Shown: positions 1 through 8,201 of the stretch, one piece after another
Position numbering within the stretch: the stretch's first letter is position 1
Layout: every line of letters begins with the position of its first letter
From: Micrococcus luteus NCTC 2665
GTDB taxonomy: Bacteria > Actinomycetota > Actinomycetes > Actinomycetales > Micrococcaceae
Length of the DNA stretch: 32,000 bases
Direction: 5' to 3'
Assembly: GCF_000023205.1 (NCBI RefSeq)
Contig: NC_012803.1
Span: 960,001 to 992,000, forward strand
Notes under the pieces: model-generated
Seen by the model: the letters and a program-made list of their open reading frames with translations, nothing else
Told to the model about the DNA's origin: nothing
Database searches by the model: none
Program-made: the position numbers and the translations under genes

Positions 1-477
1 GCCGCCGTCGTGTCCACGCGTGCCCTGGCGAAGGTGGCGCGCCGGATCGGCATCGGCCCGTTCGTGCGCCTGGGCACGGGGGAGCGCCGCACCGGCGGGG
101 CGGACAAGGACTCGATCCTCGCCGACACCCTCGAGGCGCTCATCGGCGCGGTCTACGTGGACCACGGGGCTGTGGCCGCGGCCGCACTCGTGCACCGCCA
201 CGTGGTGCCGCTGCTGGACGAGCCGGACCTGCTGCGCGAGAGCACCGACTGGAAGACGGTCGTGGCCGAGGCCGCCAGCCGCCACGGTCTCGGCGCCGTC
301 CGCTACGCGATCGAGGGTCAGGGCCCCGCGCACGATCCCCGCTACCGGGCCACCCTCGTCGTCGGCGAGCGCGAGTACGGCTCCGCCGTCGCCAGCTCCA
401 AGAAGCAGGCCGAGCGGGACGCCGCGGCCGCCTCATGGCCCGCCCTCGAGGCGGATCTGCCGGCCGCGGGGCGCTGA
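1..477 (+). CDS. rnc: Ribonuclease III, C-terminal part (5' end lies outside the window)
   Basis: The frame is open from the window edge to TGA 475-477. The translation shows the end of the RNase III catalytic domain (DKDSILADTLEALIGAVYVDHG) followed by a dsRNA-binding domain (YRATLVVGEREYGSAVASSKKQAERDAAAASW). Codon position 3 is strongly G/C, and fpg starts 4 nt downstream. Confidence 0.9.
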   Translation, partial: AAVVSTRALAKVARRIGIGPFVRLGTGERRTGGADKDSILADTLEALIGAVYVDHGAVAAAALVHRHVVPLLDEPDLLRESTDWKTVVAEAASRHGLGAVRYAIEGQGPAHDPRYRATLVVGEREYGSAVASSKKQAERDAAAASWPALEADLPAAGR

Positions 478-481
478 GCCC

Positions 482-1399
482 GTGCCGGAGCTGCCCGAGG
501 CCGAGGTCGTCCGGCGCGGCCTGGCCCGGTGGGCCACGGACGCCGTCGCCGCGGAGCTCGAGGTCCTCGACCCCCGCTCGCTGCGTCGCAGCCCCGGAGG
601 CGCGGACGCCCTCCGGGAGCGGCTGCGCGGCGCCCGGCTGGCCGAGCCGGCTCGCCGCGGCAAGTTCCTCTGGCTGCCCCTGGCCGAGGGCGACGACGCC
701 GTCGTCGTGCACCTGGGGATGAGCGGGCAGATCCTCGTGGACGAACCGGGGGCCGCCGACCAGCGTCACCTGCGCCTGCGCCTGCCCGTCACCGCGGCGG
801 ACGGCTCCGCCCGCGAGCTGCGGTTCGTGGACCAGCGGATCTTCGGCGGCTGGTGGCTCGACGCGCTGCGGCCCGACGACGCCGCCGGGGGCGAGCGGAT
901 CCCCACCACGGCCGCCCACATCGCCCTGGACCCGCTGCACCCGCTGTTCGACCCCGCGGCCGTGCACGCGCGCCTGGCACGGCGCCGCTCCACCCTCAAG
1001 CGCGCGTTGCTGGACCAGTCGCTGGTCTCCGGGATCGGCAACATCTACGCGGACGAGGCCCTCTGGGGCGCCCGCCTGCACCCCGAGCGCCCGACCGAGC
1101 GCATGCGCCGGGCGGACACGCTGCGCCTCCTGGCGGCCGTCCAGGACGTGATGCGCCGGGCCCTGGAGGTGGGGGGCACGAGCTTCGACGCGCTCTACGT
1201 CAACGTGGACGGGCGATCGGGCTACTTCGCCCGCTCCCTGGCGGCCTACGGGCGCACCGGGCAGCCGTGTCGCCGCTGCGCCGCCGAGGGGGTCGACTCC
1301 CGCATCGTGCGCGAGCCGTTCATGAACCGTGCGAGCCACCTGTGCCCGCGCTGCCAGCCCAGGCCGCGCCGTCGCCGGGCCGCGGCGGCCGACGCCTGA
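482..1399 (+). CDS. mutM: Formamidopyrimidine-DNA glycosylase (Fpg/MutM), 305 aa
   Basis: GTG 482 gives the hallmark N-terminus (M)PELPEAEVVRRGL, with catalytic Pro2 and Glu3. The H2TH region reads LLDQSLVSGIGNIYADEALW. A C-terminal zinc finger is present (CRRC...CPRCQ). The listed 459-aa ORF from 20 is an out-of-frame upstream extension over rnc. Confidence 0.9.
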   Translation: MPELPEAEVVRRGLARWATDAVAAELEVLDPRSLRRSPGGADALRERLRGARLAEPARRGKFLWLPLAEGDDAVVVHLGMSGQILVDEPGAADQRHLRLRLPVTAADGSARELRFVDQRIFGGWWLDALRPDDAAGGERIPTTAAHIALDPLHPLFDPAAVHARLARRRSTLKRALLDQSLVSGIGNIYADEALWGARLHPERPTERMRRADTLRLLAAVQDVMRRALEVGGTSFDALYVNVDGRSGYFARSLAAYGRTGQPCRRCAAEGVDSRIVREPFMNRASHLCPRCQPRPRRRRAAAADA

Positions 1400-1410
1400 C
1401 GGGGCGTCCG

Positions 1411-1416
1411 TAGACT
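1411..1416 (+). promoter_or_regulatory. Candidate -10 hexamer TAGACT (TAnnnT class) upstream of the LCP gene
   Basis: TAGACT lies in the 50-bp gap between mutM and the LCP gene, 34 nt upstream of GTG 1450. It is an AT-containing hexamer in an otherwise GC-rich gap. The identical hexamer recurs at 24180-24185 upstream of wecB. Confidence 0.25.
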
Positions 1417-1449
1417 GGGCTGACCCCCGACCTCGAGCAGGAGACCCGA

Positions 1450-2595
1450 GTGAGCCATCCCCCGGCCGCGTCCTGGACGCCCGAGCCCCTGCCGCGCCCC
1501 GAGCCCCCGCGCGACGACGCCCCGCCGGTCGCGCGGCGCCGCCGGCGCTGGCCGTGGGTCGTCGGCCTGCTCGCCGTCCTGCTCGCGGCGCTGCTCGGCC
1601 TGGGCGCCTGGTACGCGGGCTCGCTCGGGCGCACCTTCGACGACCACCGGCAGACGGTGGACGTGGGGGCGCTCGAGCAGGCGGCCGGGGACGGCCCGCT
1701 GAACGTGCTCGTCCTGGGCTCCGACTCCCGCGAGGGCGAGGGCGAGCAGGACATGGGCCAGCGCTCGGACACCATGATGCTCGTGCACATCCCCGCGGAC
1801 CGACGCCAGGTCTACGTCATGTCCGTGCTGCGGGATTCGTGGGTCACCGTGCCCGGCCACGGCGAGGCGAAGATCAACTCGGCCTTCGACACGGGCGGCT
1901 ACACCCTCGCCGTGGACACGGTGGAGCTGTTGCTGGGAGTGCCGATCCACCACGTCCTGGAGGTCGACTTCCAGGGCTTCCGGGGCGTGACGAACGCGCT
2001 GGGCGGCGTCGAGGTCTGCAACCCGCAGGCCTTCTCCTCCGGTCAGGCCAACCCCTCGTACTACCCGCGAGGGCACATCCTGCTGCAGGACACCGCCGCC
2101 CTGCGCTACGTGCGCGAGCGGCACGCCTTCGACGACGGCGACGTCACCCGCGTGAAGAACCAGCAGCGCTACCTGGCCGGGGCGATGGACCGCTTCCTCA
2201 GCCCGCAGATCCTGGGCAATCCCGCCCGCACCACCGAGGTCGTCGCCACGTTCTCCGACCACCTCGGTGTGGACGAGGGGCTCACGTCTGGCGTGATCGC
2301 CTCGCTCGCGTGGCAGCTGCGCGACGTCCGCGGCGAGGACGTCGAGATGTTCACGGTGCCTCGCAAGGGCTTTGCGGAGGGGCCGAACGGCGACGCCATC
2401 GTCGAGCTCGACGAGGACAAGCTGGCGGACCTGCGCTCCGCCCTCGCCGACGACGACGTCCAGCGCTATGTCGACGAGCACGAGCCCAAGAAGGAGAAGA
2501 AGGCCCAGGCCGCCGGCGGGCCCGCCCCCGTGCTGACCCTGCTGACCGGCACCACGCCCGCACCCGCCCTCGGGGAGGACCCCTGTGACGACTGA
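1450..2595 (+). CDS. LytR-CpsA-Psr (LCP) family cell-wall glycopolymer transferase, 381 aa, with an N-terminal membrane anchor
   Basis: AGGAGA at 1439-1444 lies 5 nt before GTG 1450. A TM helix (WPWVVGLLAVLLAALLGLGAWY) is followed by the LCP core (LNVLVLGSDSREG...RSDTMMLVHIPADRRQVYVMSVLRDSWVTVPGHGEAKINSAF...VDFQGFRGVTNALGGVEV...ALRYVRERH). Confidence 0.9.
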   Translation: MSHPPAASWTPEPLPRPEPPRDDAPPVARRRRRWPWVVGLLAVLLAALLGLGAWYAGSLGRTFDDHRQTVDVGALEQAAGDGPLNVLVLGSDSREGEGEQDMGQRSDTMMLVHIPADRRQVYVMSVLRDSWVTVPGHGEAKINSAFDTGGYTLAVDTVELLLGVPIHHVLEVDFQGFRGVTNALGGVEVCNPQAFSSGQANPSYYPRGHILLQDTAALRYVRERHAFDDGDVTRVKNQQRYLAGAMDRFLSPQILGNPARTTEVVATFSDHLGVDEGLTSGVIASLAWQLRDVRGEDVEMFTVPRKGFAEGPNGDAIVELDEDKLADLRSALADDDVQRYVDEHEPKKEKKAQAAGGPAPVLTLLTGTTPAPALGEDPCDD

Positions 2596-3757
2596 GCCGC
2601 GCCGCCCCCGCCTCCTGCTGGTCTCCCACTCCTACCGGCCCGAGCGCACCCCGCCCGCACGTCGCTGGGGCGCGGTCGTGGCGGCGCTGCGGTCGGCGGG
2701 CTGGGACGTCGACGTCGTCGCGCCCGGGGGTGTGCGCCCCTTCGCCGGGCCCGACGGCGAACGTGTCCTGCCCACGCCTCGCCTGCCCCTGGGGGAGGCC
2801 GGCCGCAACGGCCGCTTCGCCGAAGCGGTGGTGCACGCCCTGCTCGCCATCCCCCGCGGGATGGCCACCCGACGCCCGGACGTGGTGGTGGCCACCGTGC
2901 CCGCCCTGCCCGTGGTGGTGCCCGGCGTCGTGCTCTCCCGCCTCTGGCGCCGTCCCCTCGTGCTGGAGATGCGCGACGCCTGGCCGGATCTCGCCCACGA
3001 GGCCGGGGTCCACCAGGGCCTGCTGGGCGCCGCGATGGAACGCGTCGTGACCGGCGGCCAGCGCGCGGCCCGACTCGTGGTGACCGTCACGGACGGCTTC
3101 GCGGAGACGCTGCGCGGGCGGGGGGTGCGGGTGGTCCGCACCCTGGGCAACGGCGTGGACCTGGCCCGCCTGGCGGTGGCGCCGCGGCGGGAGCGGGCCG
3201 CCGGTGAGCTCCACGTGCTGTACCTGGGCAACATGGGCGAGAGCCAGGGACTCGAGCGGCTCATCGACGCCGCGGCGACGCTGCGTCGCACCCGGCCGGG
3301 GGTGCGCGTCCGGCTGGTCGGGGAGGGGACCCGGCGTCCGGCGCTGGAGGCCCGCAACGCCGAGCTCGGCTCGCCGGCCGAGATCCTCGGACCCGTCCAC
3401 GGCGCGGCCGTGGCCCAGCAGTACGCGTGGGCGGACACGCTGGTGGTGGCCCTGCGTCCCGACTGGCCGAGCTTCCGGCACACCGTGCCCTCCAAGACCT
3501 ACGAGGTGCTCGCCGTCGGCCGGCACGTCACGGGCCTGGTGACGGGGGAGGCCGCCCGCACGCTCGAGGCGGCCGGTGGCGCCGACGTCATCGGCCCGGA
3601 CGTGGACGACCTGGTGCGGCACCTGACGGCGCTCGCGGACGATCCGCACCGCACCGACGTCGGCGCGGGCGGACGCGACTGGGTGCGCCGCCACGCCGAC
3701 CTGCCGGCCGTGGCCCGCCGCTACGAGCGACTGCTGCGCCGCATCGCCGGTCGCTGA
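2585..3757 (+). CDS. Glycosyltransferase, GT-B fold, GT4-like (WbuB-type), 390 aa
   Basis: GTG 2585 overlaps the LCP stop by 11 nt. The N-lobe reads LLLVSHSYRPERTPPARRWGAVVAALRSAGWDVDVVAP. The C-lobe reads LHVLYLGNMGESQGLERLIDAA...VRLVGEGTRR...PSKTYEVLAVGRHV. Codon position 3 is strongly G/C. Confidence 0.75.
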   Translation: MTTEPRRPRLLLVSHSYRPERTPPARRWGAVVAALRSAGWDVDVVAPGGVRPFAGPDGERVLPTPRLPLGEAGRNGRFAEAVVHALLAIPRGMATRRPDVVVATVPALPVVVPGVVLSRLWRRPLVLEMRDAWPDLAHEAGVHQGLLGAAMERVVTGGQRAARLVVTVTDGFAETLRGRGVRVVRTLGNGVDLARLAVAPRRERAAGELHVLYLGNMGESQGLERLIDAAATLRRTRPGVRVRLVGEGTRRPALEARNAELGSPAEILGPVHGAAVAQQYAWADTLVVALRPDWPSFRHTVPSKTYEVLAVGRHVTGLVTGEAARTLEAAGGADVIGPDVDDLVRHLTALADDPHRTDVGAGGRDWVRRHADLPAVARRYERLLRRIAGR

Positions 3758-3773
3758 GCCCGACGTCGGCCCC

Positions 3774-3783
3774 TTGCTAGGGT
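3774..3783 (+). promoter_or_regulatory. Candidate extended -10 element TTGCTAGGGT (TGn + TAGGGT)
   Basis: It lies in the 82-bp gap between the GT gene (stop 3757) and ATG 3840. The near-identical TTGCTAGAGT occurs on the minus strand at 24146-24155, upstream of the exporter operon. Confidence 0.3.
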
Positions 3784-3839
3784 TGACGCCGCCGCACCCG
3801 GCCGGGTGCACTCCACCGGGACACCGAGGAACGGTTCTG

Positions 3840-4610
3840 ATGCCAGCTGGGAAGTCCATCCGTCAGGTCGCGCGCGCGGGCGCTCGCCTGCTGCCGCCCG
3901 AACAGCGCCGTCGGGTGCGCCGCACCGGCGGCGCGCTGCTGCGCAGGCTGCCGCCGCCGGTGGCCGAGGAGGTCCGCGGCGTGTTCGGCATCCGCTGGGG
4001 CGCCCATCCGGCGCACGCCCGGCCCGCCGACGCCCTGGGCCTGGCGGGCGGGCCGGCCCGTGCCCGCCCCGGCAGCGCCTCCCTCACCGGCCGCGGTGCG
4101 GCCGCCGTCGGCGCCGATCCGGAGGCCGCGGCCCGTCTCGAGCGGGCCCTGGGCCTGGCCGACACGTCCCGCACCGAGCGGGGCGGGCGGGCCGTCGGCG
4201 TCGTCGCCGCTCCGGACGTGCGCGCGGCCCTTGCGGCCGCCGGGCACCGCGTCGTGCCGCTCGTGCCGGGCACCGCGGGCGCGGTGGCCGAACGCGTGGA
4301 GGCCGTCGTCGTGGACGTGGACGGCGTGGACGGGCCGTGGGCCGGGGCCCTCGACGCCGCCGGCGTGGCCCTCTACCTCGAGCTGCGGGGTGCCGTGAGC
4401 GCGGCCGCCGCGCGCGGGGTGACCGTCTGGGTGCTCTCCCGGGGCCGTCACCGGCACCGGCTCGGAGCCCTCGCCCTGCTGCACGCCGAGGACGTCATCG
4501 TGGTCGAGGCCGGCGCGGATCGGACGCCGTTGCACTTCACCGAGGACCCGGGCGACGCGCCCCAGGGGATCGCCGACGTCCTCGCCGCCTGCCCGGAGGA
4601 GAGCGCATGA
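3840..4610 (+). CDS. Hypothetical protein, 256 aa, no recognisable motif
   Basis: ATG 3840 is preceded by GAGGA at 3826-3830. Nearly every codon ends in G/C over the full length, which supports this frame. The stop overlaps the next start (ATGA at 4607-4610). The product is Ala/Arg/Gly-rich with an alternating beta-alpha-like C-terminal half (AVGVVAAPDVRAALAAAGHRVVPLVP...VEAVVVDVDG...VTVWVLSRG). Confidence 0.55.
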   Translation: MPAGKSIRQVARAGARLLPPEQRRRVRRTGGALLRRLPPPVAEEVRGVFGIRWGAHPAHARPADALGLAGGPARARPGSASLTGRGAAAVGADPEAAARLERALGLADTSRTERGGRAVGVVAAPDVRAALAAAGHRVVPLVPGTAGAVAERVEAVVVDVDGVDGPWAGALDAAGVALYLELRGAVSAAAARGVTVWVLSRGRHRHRLGALALLHAEDVIVVEAGADRTPLHFTEDPGDAPQGIADVLAACPEESA

Positions 4611-6802
4611 ACACGCACCACCCCGACCGCCTGACCGACGCCGCCGGCGTGCGCATCCTGCTCTACGGCGACGTCGACCTGAACGTCATCGACGGCTCCG
4701 CCACGTGGCTGCCCTCCTTGACGGAGACCCTCGCCCGCACGGGTGCGAGCGTGGACGTCCAGCTCAAGGCCGTCGAACGCCGGGACCTGCTCACCGCTCC
4801 GCTGCGCGCCCTGACGGGGGTGCGCGTGCTCCCCGCTGAGCCGGCGGCCGGGCAGGGGGGAATGACCCCCTCCCGCGCCGCGGACGTGCTGGCCCGCCGG
4901 GACGAGGAGTCCCGGTACGACGTGGTGCTCGTGCGCGGCATCCACGCTTGCCTCGAGCTCGCCGACCGCGGCACCTTCCCAGGGCGGCTGTGGTCCTACG
5001 TGACCGAGTACGGCTACGTGGAGGACGGCTTCCCGGCCGGGCGCGTCGAGGAGCTCGGCCGCATCGCCGCGGCGAGCCGTCTGATGCTGGCCCAGACGCC
5101 CCAGGCCCGCGCCGTGCTCGAGGCGATGGTCCCGGCCGCCGCCGGGCGCACCGAGCTGCTCTCGCCGATGGTGCCGGACGGGCTCGCTCCGGCCGAACGC
5201 GGCGAGGCGCCCGCCGACGGCCCGGTGCGTGTCGTGTACACGGGCAAGTTCGCCCACGACTGGCGCACCGACCTCATGCCGGACGTGCTGACCGCCCTCC
5301 ACGAGGCCGGTGTCCCGGCCACGCTCACGATGGTGGGGGACAAGGTCCACCCCGAGCGGGACCGGCCCGGCTGGGCCGCGGCGATGCGCTCCCTCCTCGA
5401 GGCGGACCGGCCCGACTTCGAGTGGACCGGAGCGCTCTCCCGCGAGGAGTCCATGGCCCGCACCGCGGCCGCGGACGTCTCTCTGGGCTGGCGCGCTCCC
5501 GCCCTGGACCTCTCGCTCGAGATCTCCACGAAGGTGCTCGAGAGCTGCGCGGTCGGAGTGCCGCCGCTCCTGAACCGGACCGTGGCGCATGAGGAGCTGC
5601 TGGGGGCCGACTACCCCCTGTTCGTGGACGGGGTGAGGGACTCGGCTCGGGACGTCGCCGCTCGCATCGCGGCCGCCCGCCACGACCTGCCGGCCCTCTC
5701 TCGGCGCGTCGTCGAGGCCGCCGCCCCCTACCGCATGGCCGCGCGCGCCCGCGCCCTGACGGGCCTCATGGACCGGCTCGGTCTGCTCGACCGCCGGCCC
5801 GCCCGCGGCGGGTCACGCATCCGCGTGGTCCTGGCCGGCCACGACCTGAAGTTCGCGGGGGAGCTCGTCGACCTGCTGCGGGACGACCCGGGCGTCGAGC
5901 TGCGCATCGACCACTGGCAGGGCCTGCACCGCCACGACGAGGCCGCCTCACGCCGCCTCGTCGAGTGGGCCGACGTCGTGGTGTGCGAGTGGGCGGGCCC
6001 CAACGCCGTCTGGTACGCCCGCCACAAGCGCCCCGGCCAGCGGCTCGTGGTCCGCCTGCACATGTTCGAGCTGCGCGGCGGCTGGCTCTCCGCGCTCGAG
6101 ACCGACGCCGTGGACCGCCTCGTGACCGTCTCCGATCTCTACCGGGACCTGGTGCGCGAGCACCTGCCCATCGAGCCCGCGCGGGTCTCGGTGATCCCCA
6201 ACGCCGTGTCCGTGGCGGACCTGGACCGTCCCGGCCTGCCGGGTCGCCGGTTCCGGCTCGGCCTCGTCGGCCTGGTGCCGCTGCGCAAGCGCCTGGACCG
6301 GGCCGTCGACCTGCTGGAGATCCTGCGCGCCCATGACGAACGGTTCACCCTGCACGTGCGCGGCCGCATGCCGTGGGAGTACCCGCACGAGTGGCGCAAG
6401 CCCCTCCAGCGCGAGGGCTACCTCGACCTGTTCGCCCGCCTCGGTGCCGGTCCGCTGCGCGAGGCCGTCGCCTTCGAGCCCTTCGGGGCGGACATGGGCT
6501 CGTGGCTGACGAAGATCGGCTGGGTGCTCTCGCCGTCCACCACCGAGAGCTTCCACCTCGCGCCCGCCGAGGGCATGGTCTCGGGTGCGGTCCCGCTCAT
6601 CTGGGACCGGCCCGGCGCGAGGGGCGTGTTCGGCGACGAGTTCGTGCTCGACGACACCGACGCCGCGGCGCGGCGGGTGCTGGAGGCGACCGCCGACGAT
6701 GCGCGGTGGGACGAGCTCTCGACCCTGGCCCGGTGCCGGGTGCGCGCGTACGACGAGCGCGTCGTGGCCGGCCTGTGGCGCGAGGCGCTCGGGCTGAACT
6801 GA
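4607..6802 (+). CDS. Two-module glycosyltransferase (two GT-B/GT4-like halves), 731 aa
   Basis: ATG 4607 is coupled (ATGA) to the upstream ORF. Module 1 reads VRILLYGDVDLNVIDGSATWLPSL...VRVVYTGKFAHDW...LEISTKVLESCAVGVPPL. Module 2 starts at about 5818 and reads IRVVLAGHDLKFAGELVDLL...WADVVVCEWAGPNAVWY...VIPNAVSV...GRRFRLGLVGLVPLRKRLDRAVDLL...ESFHLAPAEGMVSGAVPLI, which contains the EX7E motif of retaining GT4 enzymes. Confidence 0.75.
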   Translation: MNTHHPDRLTDAAGVRILLYGDVDLNVIDGSATWLPSLTETLARTGASVDVQLKAVERRDLLTAPLRALTGVRVLPAEPAAGQGGMTPSRAADVLARRDEESRYDVVLVRGIHACLELADRGTFPGRLWSYVTEYGYVEDGFPAGRVEELGRIAAASRLMLAQTPQARAVLEAMVPAAAGRTELLSPMVPDGLAPAERGEAPADGPVRVVYTGKFAHDWRTDLMPDVLTALHEAGVPATLTMVGDKVHPERDRPGWAAAMRSLLEADRPDFEWTGALSREESMARTAAADVSLGWRAPALDLSLEISTKVLESCAVGVPPLLNRTVAHEELLGADYPLFVDGVRDSARDVAARIAAARHDLPALSRRVVEAAAPYRMAARARALTGLMDRLGLLDRRPARGGSRIRVVLAGHDLKFAGELVDLLRDDPGVELRIDHWQGLHRHDEAASRRLVEWADVVVCEWAGPNAVWYARHKRPGQRLVVRLHMFELRGGWLSALETDAVDRLVTVSDLYRDLVREHLPIEPARVSVIPNAVSVADLDRPGLPGRRFRLGLVGLVPLRKRLDRAVDLLEILRAHDERFTLHVRGRMPWEYPHEWRKPLQREGYLDLFARLGAGPLREAVAFEPFGADMGSWLTKIGWVLSPSTTESFHLAPAEGMVSGAVPLIWDRPGARGVFGDEFVLDDTDAAARRVLEATADDARWDELSTLARCRVRAYDERVVAGLWREALGLN

Positions 6803-6822
6803 AGCAGGCCGGGCGTCGGCGG

Positions 6823-6828
6823 TAGGGT
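6823..6828 (+). promoter_or_regulatory. Candidate -10 hexamer TAGGGT upstream of wecC
   Basis: It lies in the 93-bp gap between 6802 and 6896, 67 nt upstream of GTG 6896. It is the same hexamer as at 3778-3783. Confidence 0.2.
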
Positions 6829-6895
6829 GGGACGCGTTCGCCCCCGCCCGCCGGTGCCGGGGCCGTCGTGGACCATTCCCCATCGAGGAGACCCC

Positions 6896-8152
6896 GTGAA
6901 GAAGATCGAGACCGTCGCCGTCATCGGCCTGGGCTACATCGGCCTGCCGACGGCTGCCATCCTGGCGGAGAACGGCGTGCGCGTGCACGGCGTGGACGTC
7001 TCGGACCGCACGGTGGACGCCGTGAATGCGGGCACGGTGCCCTTCGTGGAGCCGGACCTGGCCGGGTTCGTCGCGCGCGGCGTCGAGAAGGGCCTGCTCA
7101 GCGCCTCGACGACGACGCCGGCGGCGGACGCCTACATCGTCGCCGTGCCGACCCCGTTCAAGGACGGGCACTCCCCGGACCTGGGCTACATCGAGGCCGC
7201 CGCCCGCGGCCTGGCCCCGCAGCTGACGGGTGACGAGCTCGTCATCCTCGAGTCCACCTCGCCCCCCGGCGCCACCGAGCACATGGCCGAGGTGATCTTC
7301 GCCGAGCGTCCTGAGCTGCGCGAGTCCGAGCTGGACTTCGCCCACTGCCCCGAGCGGGTGCTCCCGGGCCGTGTGATGGTCGAGCTCGTGACCAACGACC
7401 GGATCGTCGGCGGCTCGACCCGGCGCGCGGCCGAGCGGGCCCGCGACCTCTACCGCACGTTCTGCGAGGGCGAGATCCTGCTGACGGACACCCGCACCGC
7501 GGAGATGGCCAAGCTCGTGGAGAACTCCTTCCGCGACGTCAACATCGCCTTCGCCAACGAGCTGTCCGTGATCTGCGCCGAGCAGGGCATCGACGTGTGG
7601 GAGCTCATCGAGCTCGCCAACCACCATCCCCGCGTGAACATCCTGCAGCCGGGCCCCGGCGTGGGCGGCCACTGCATCGCCGTGGACCCGTGGTTCATCG
7701 TGGACGCCGCCCCGCAGACCGCCCGGCTGATCCGCGCGGCCCGGGAGATCAACGACGGCAAGCCCCAGTGGGTCATCGACCAGGTCAAGGCTGCGGCCTT
7801 CGACGTCCAGCAGGCCACCGGCCGCGCTCCGGTCGTCGCAGCCCTCGGCCTGGCCTTCAAGCCGAACATCGACGACCTGCGTGAATCCCCGGCCCTGAAC
7901 ATCGCGGCCGAGCTGGCGGGCCAGTTCTCCGGGTCCGACGTGCTCGTGGTCGAGCCGCACGTGACGGAGCTGCCGGCCGCGCTGCAGGGCAAGGACAACG
8001 TGCGCCTGGTCGCGGCCGACGAGGCCCTGGACGCCGCCGACATCGTGGTGCTGCTGGTGGACCACTCCGCCTTCGCCGACCTCGGCGACCGCGTGGCCGA
8101 CAAGCGCGTGATCGACACGCGCGGCCAGTGGCGCACCGTCCCGTCCCTCTGA
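6896..8152 (+). CDS. wecC: UDP-N-acetyl-D-mannosamine dehydrogenase (makes UDP-ManNAcA), 418 aa
   Basis: GAGGAG at 6885-6890 lies 5 nt before GTG 6896. The protein is collinear with E. coli WecC as I recall it: VAVIGLGYIGLPTAA, VPFVEPDL, YIVAVPTPFK, VILESTSPPGATE, AHCPERVLPGRVMVELVTNDRIVGG, RTAEMAKLVENSFRDVNIAFANELS, HPRVNILQPGPGVGGHCIAVDPWFIV. Confidence 0.9.
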   Translation: MKKIETVAVIGLGYIGLPTAAILAENGVRVHGVDVSDRTVDAVNAGTVPFVEPDLAGFVARGVEKGLLSASTTTPAADAYIVAVPTPFKDGHSPDLGYIEAAARGLAPQLTGDELVILESTSPPGATEHMAEVIFAERPELRESELDFAHCPERVLPGRVMVELVTNDRIVGGSTRRAAERARDLYRTFCEGEILLTDTRTAEMAKLVENSFRDVNIAFANELSVICAEQGIDVWELIELANHHPRVNILQPGPGVGGHCIAVDPWFIVDAAPQTARLIRAAREINDGKPQWVIDQVKAAAFDVQQATGRAPVVAALGLAFKPNIDDLRESPALNIAAELAGQFSGSDVLVVEPHVTELPAALQGKDNVRLVAADEALDAADIVVLLVDHSAFADLGDRVADKRVIDTRGQWRTVPSL

Positions 8153-8201
8153 CCCGACGCGGCCCGCGCCCCGCCCGCCCCGCCGACAGGAGCCTGCACC
8201 G

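Noticed and set aside
20-1399. A 459-aa ORF fusing sequence over rnc with fpg
   Set aside because: The upstream 154 codons are an alternative frame of rnc with a low-complexity translation. Fpg must begin with Met-Pro-Glu-Leu-Pro-Glu, which GTG 482 provides.
3806-6802. A 998-aa version of the dual glycosyltransferase starting at 3806
   Set aside because: The first 267 codons overlap the 3840-4610 gene in another frame and translate to Arg/Gly/Pro-rich sequence with no recognisable motifs. ATG 4607 gives a natural GT N-terminus and an ATGA overlap with the upstream stop.
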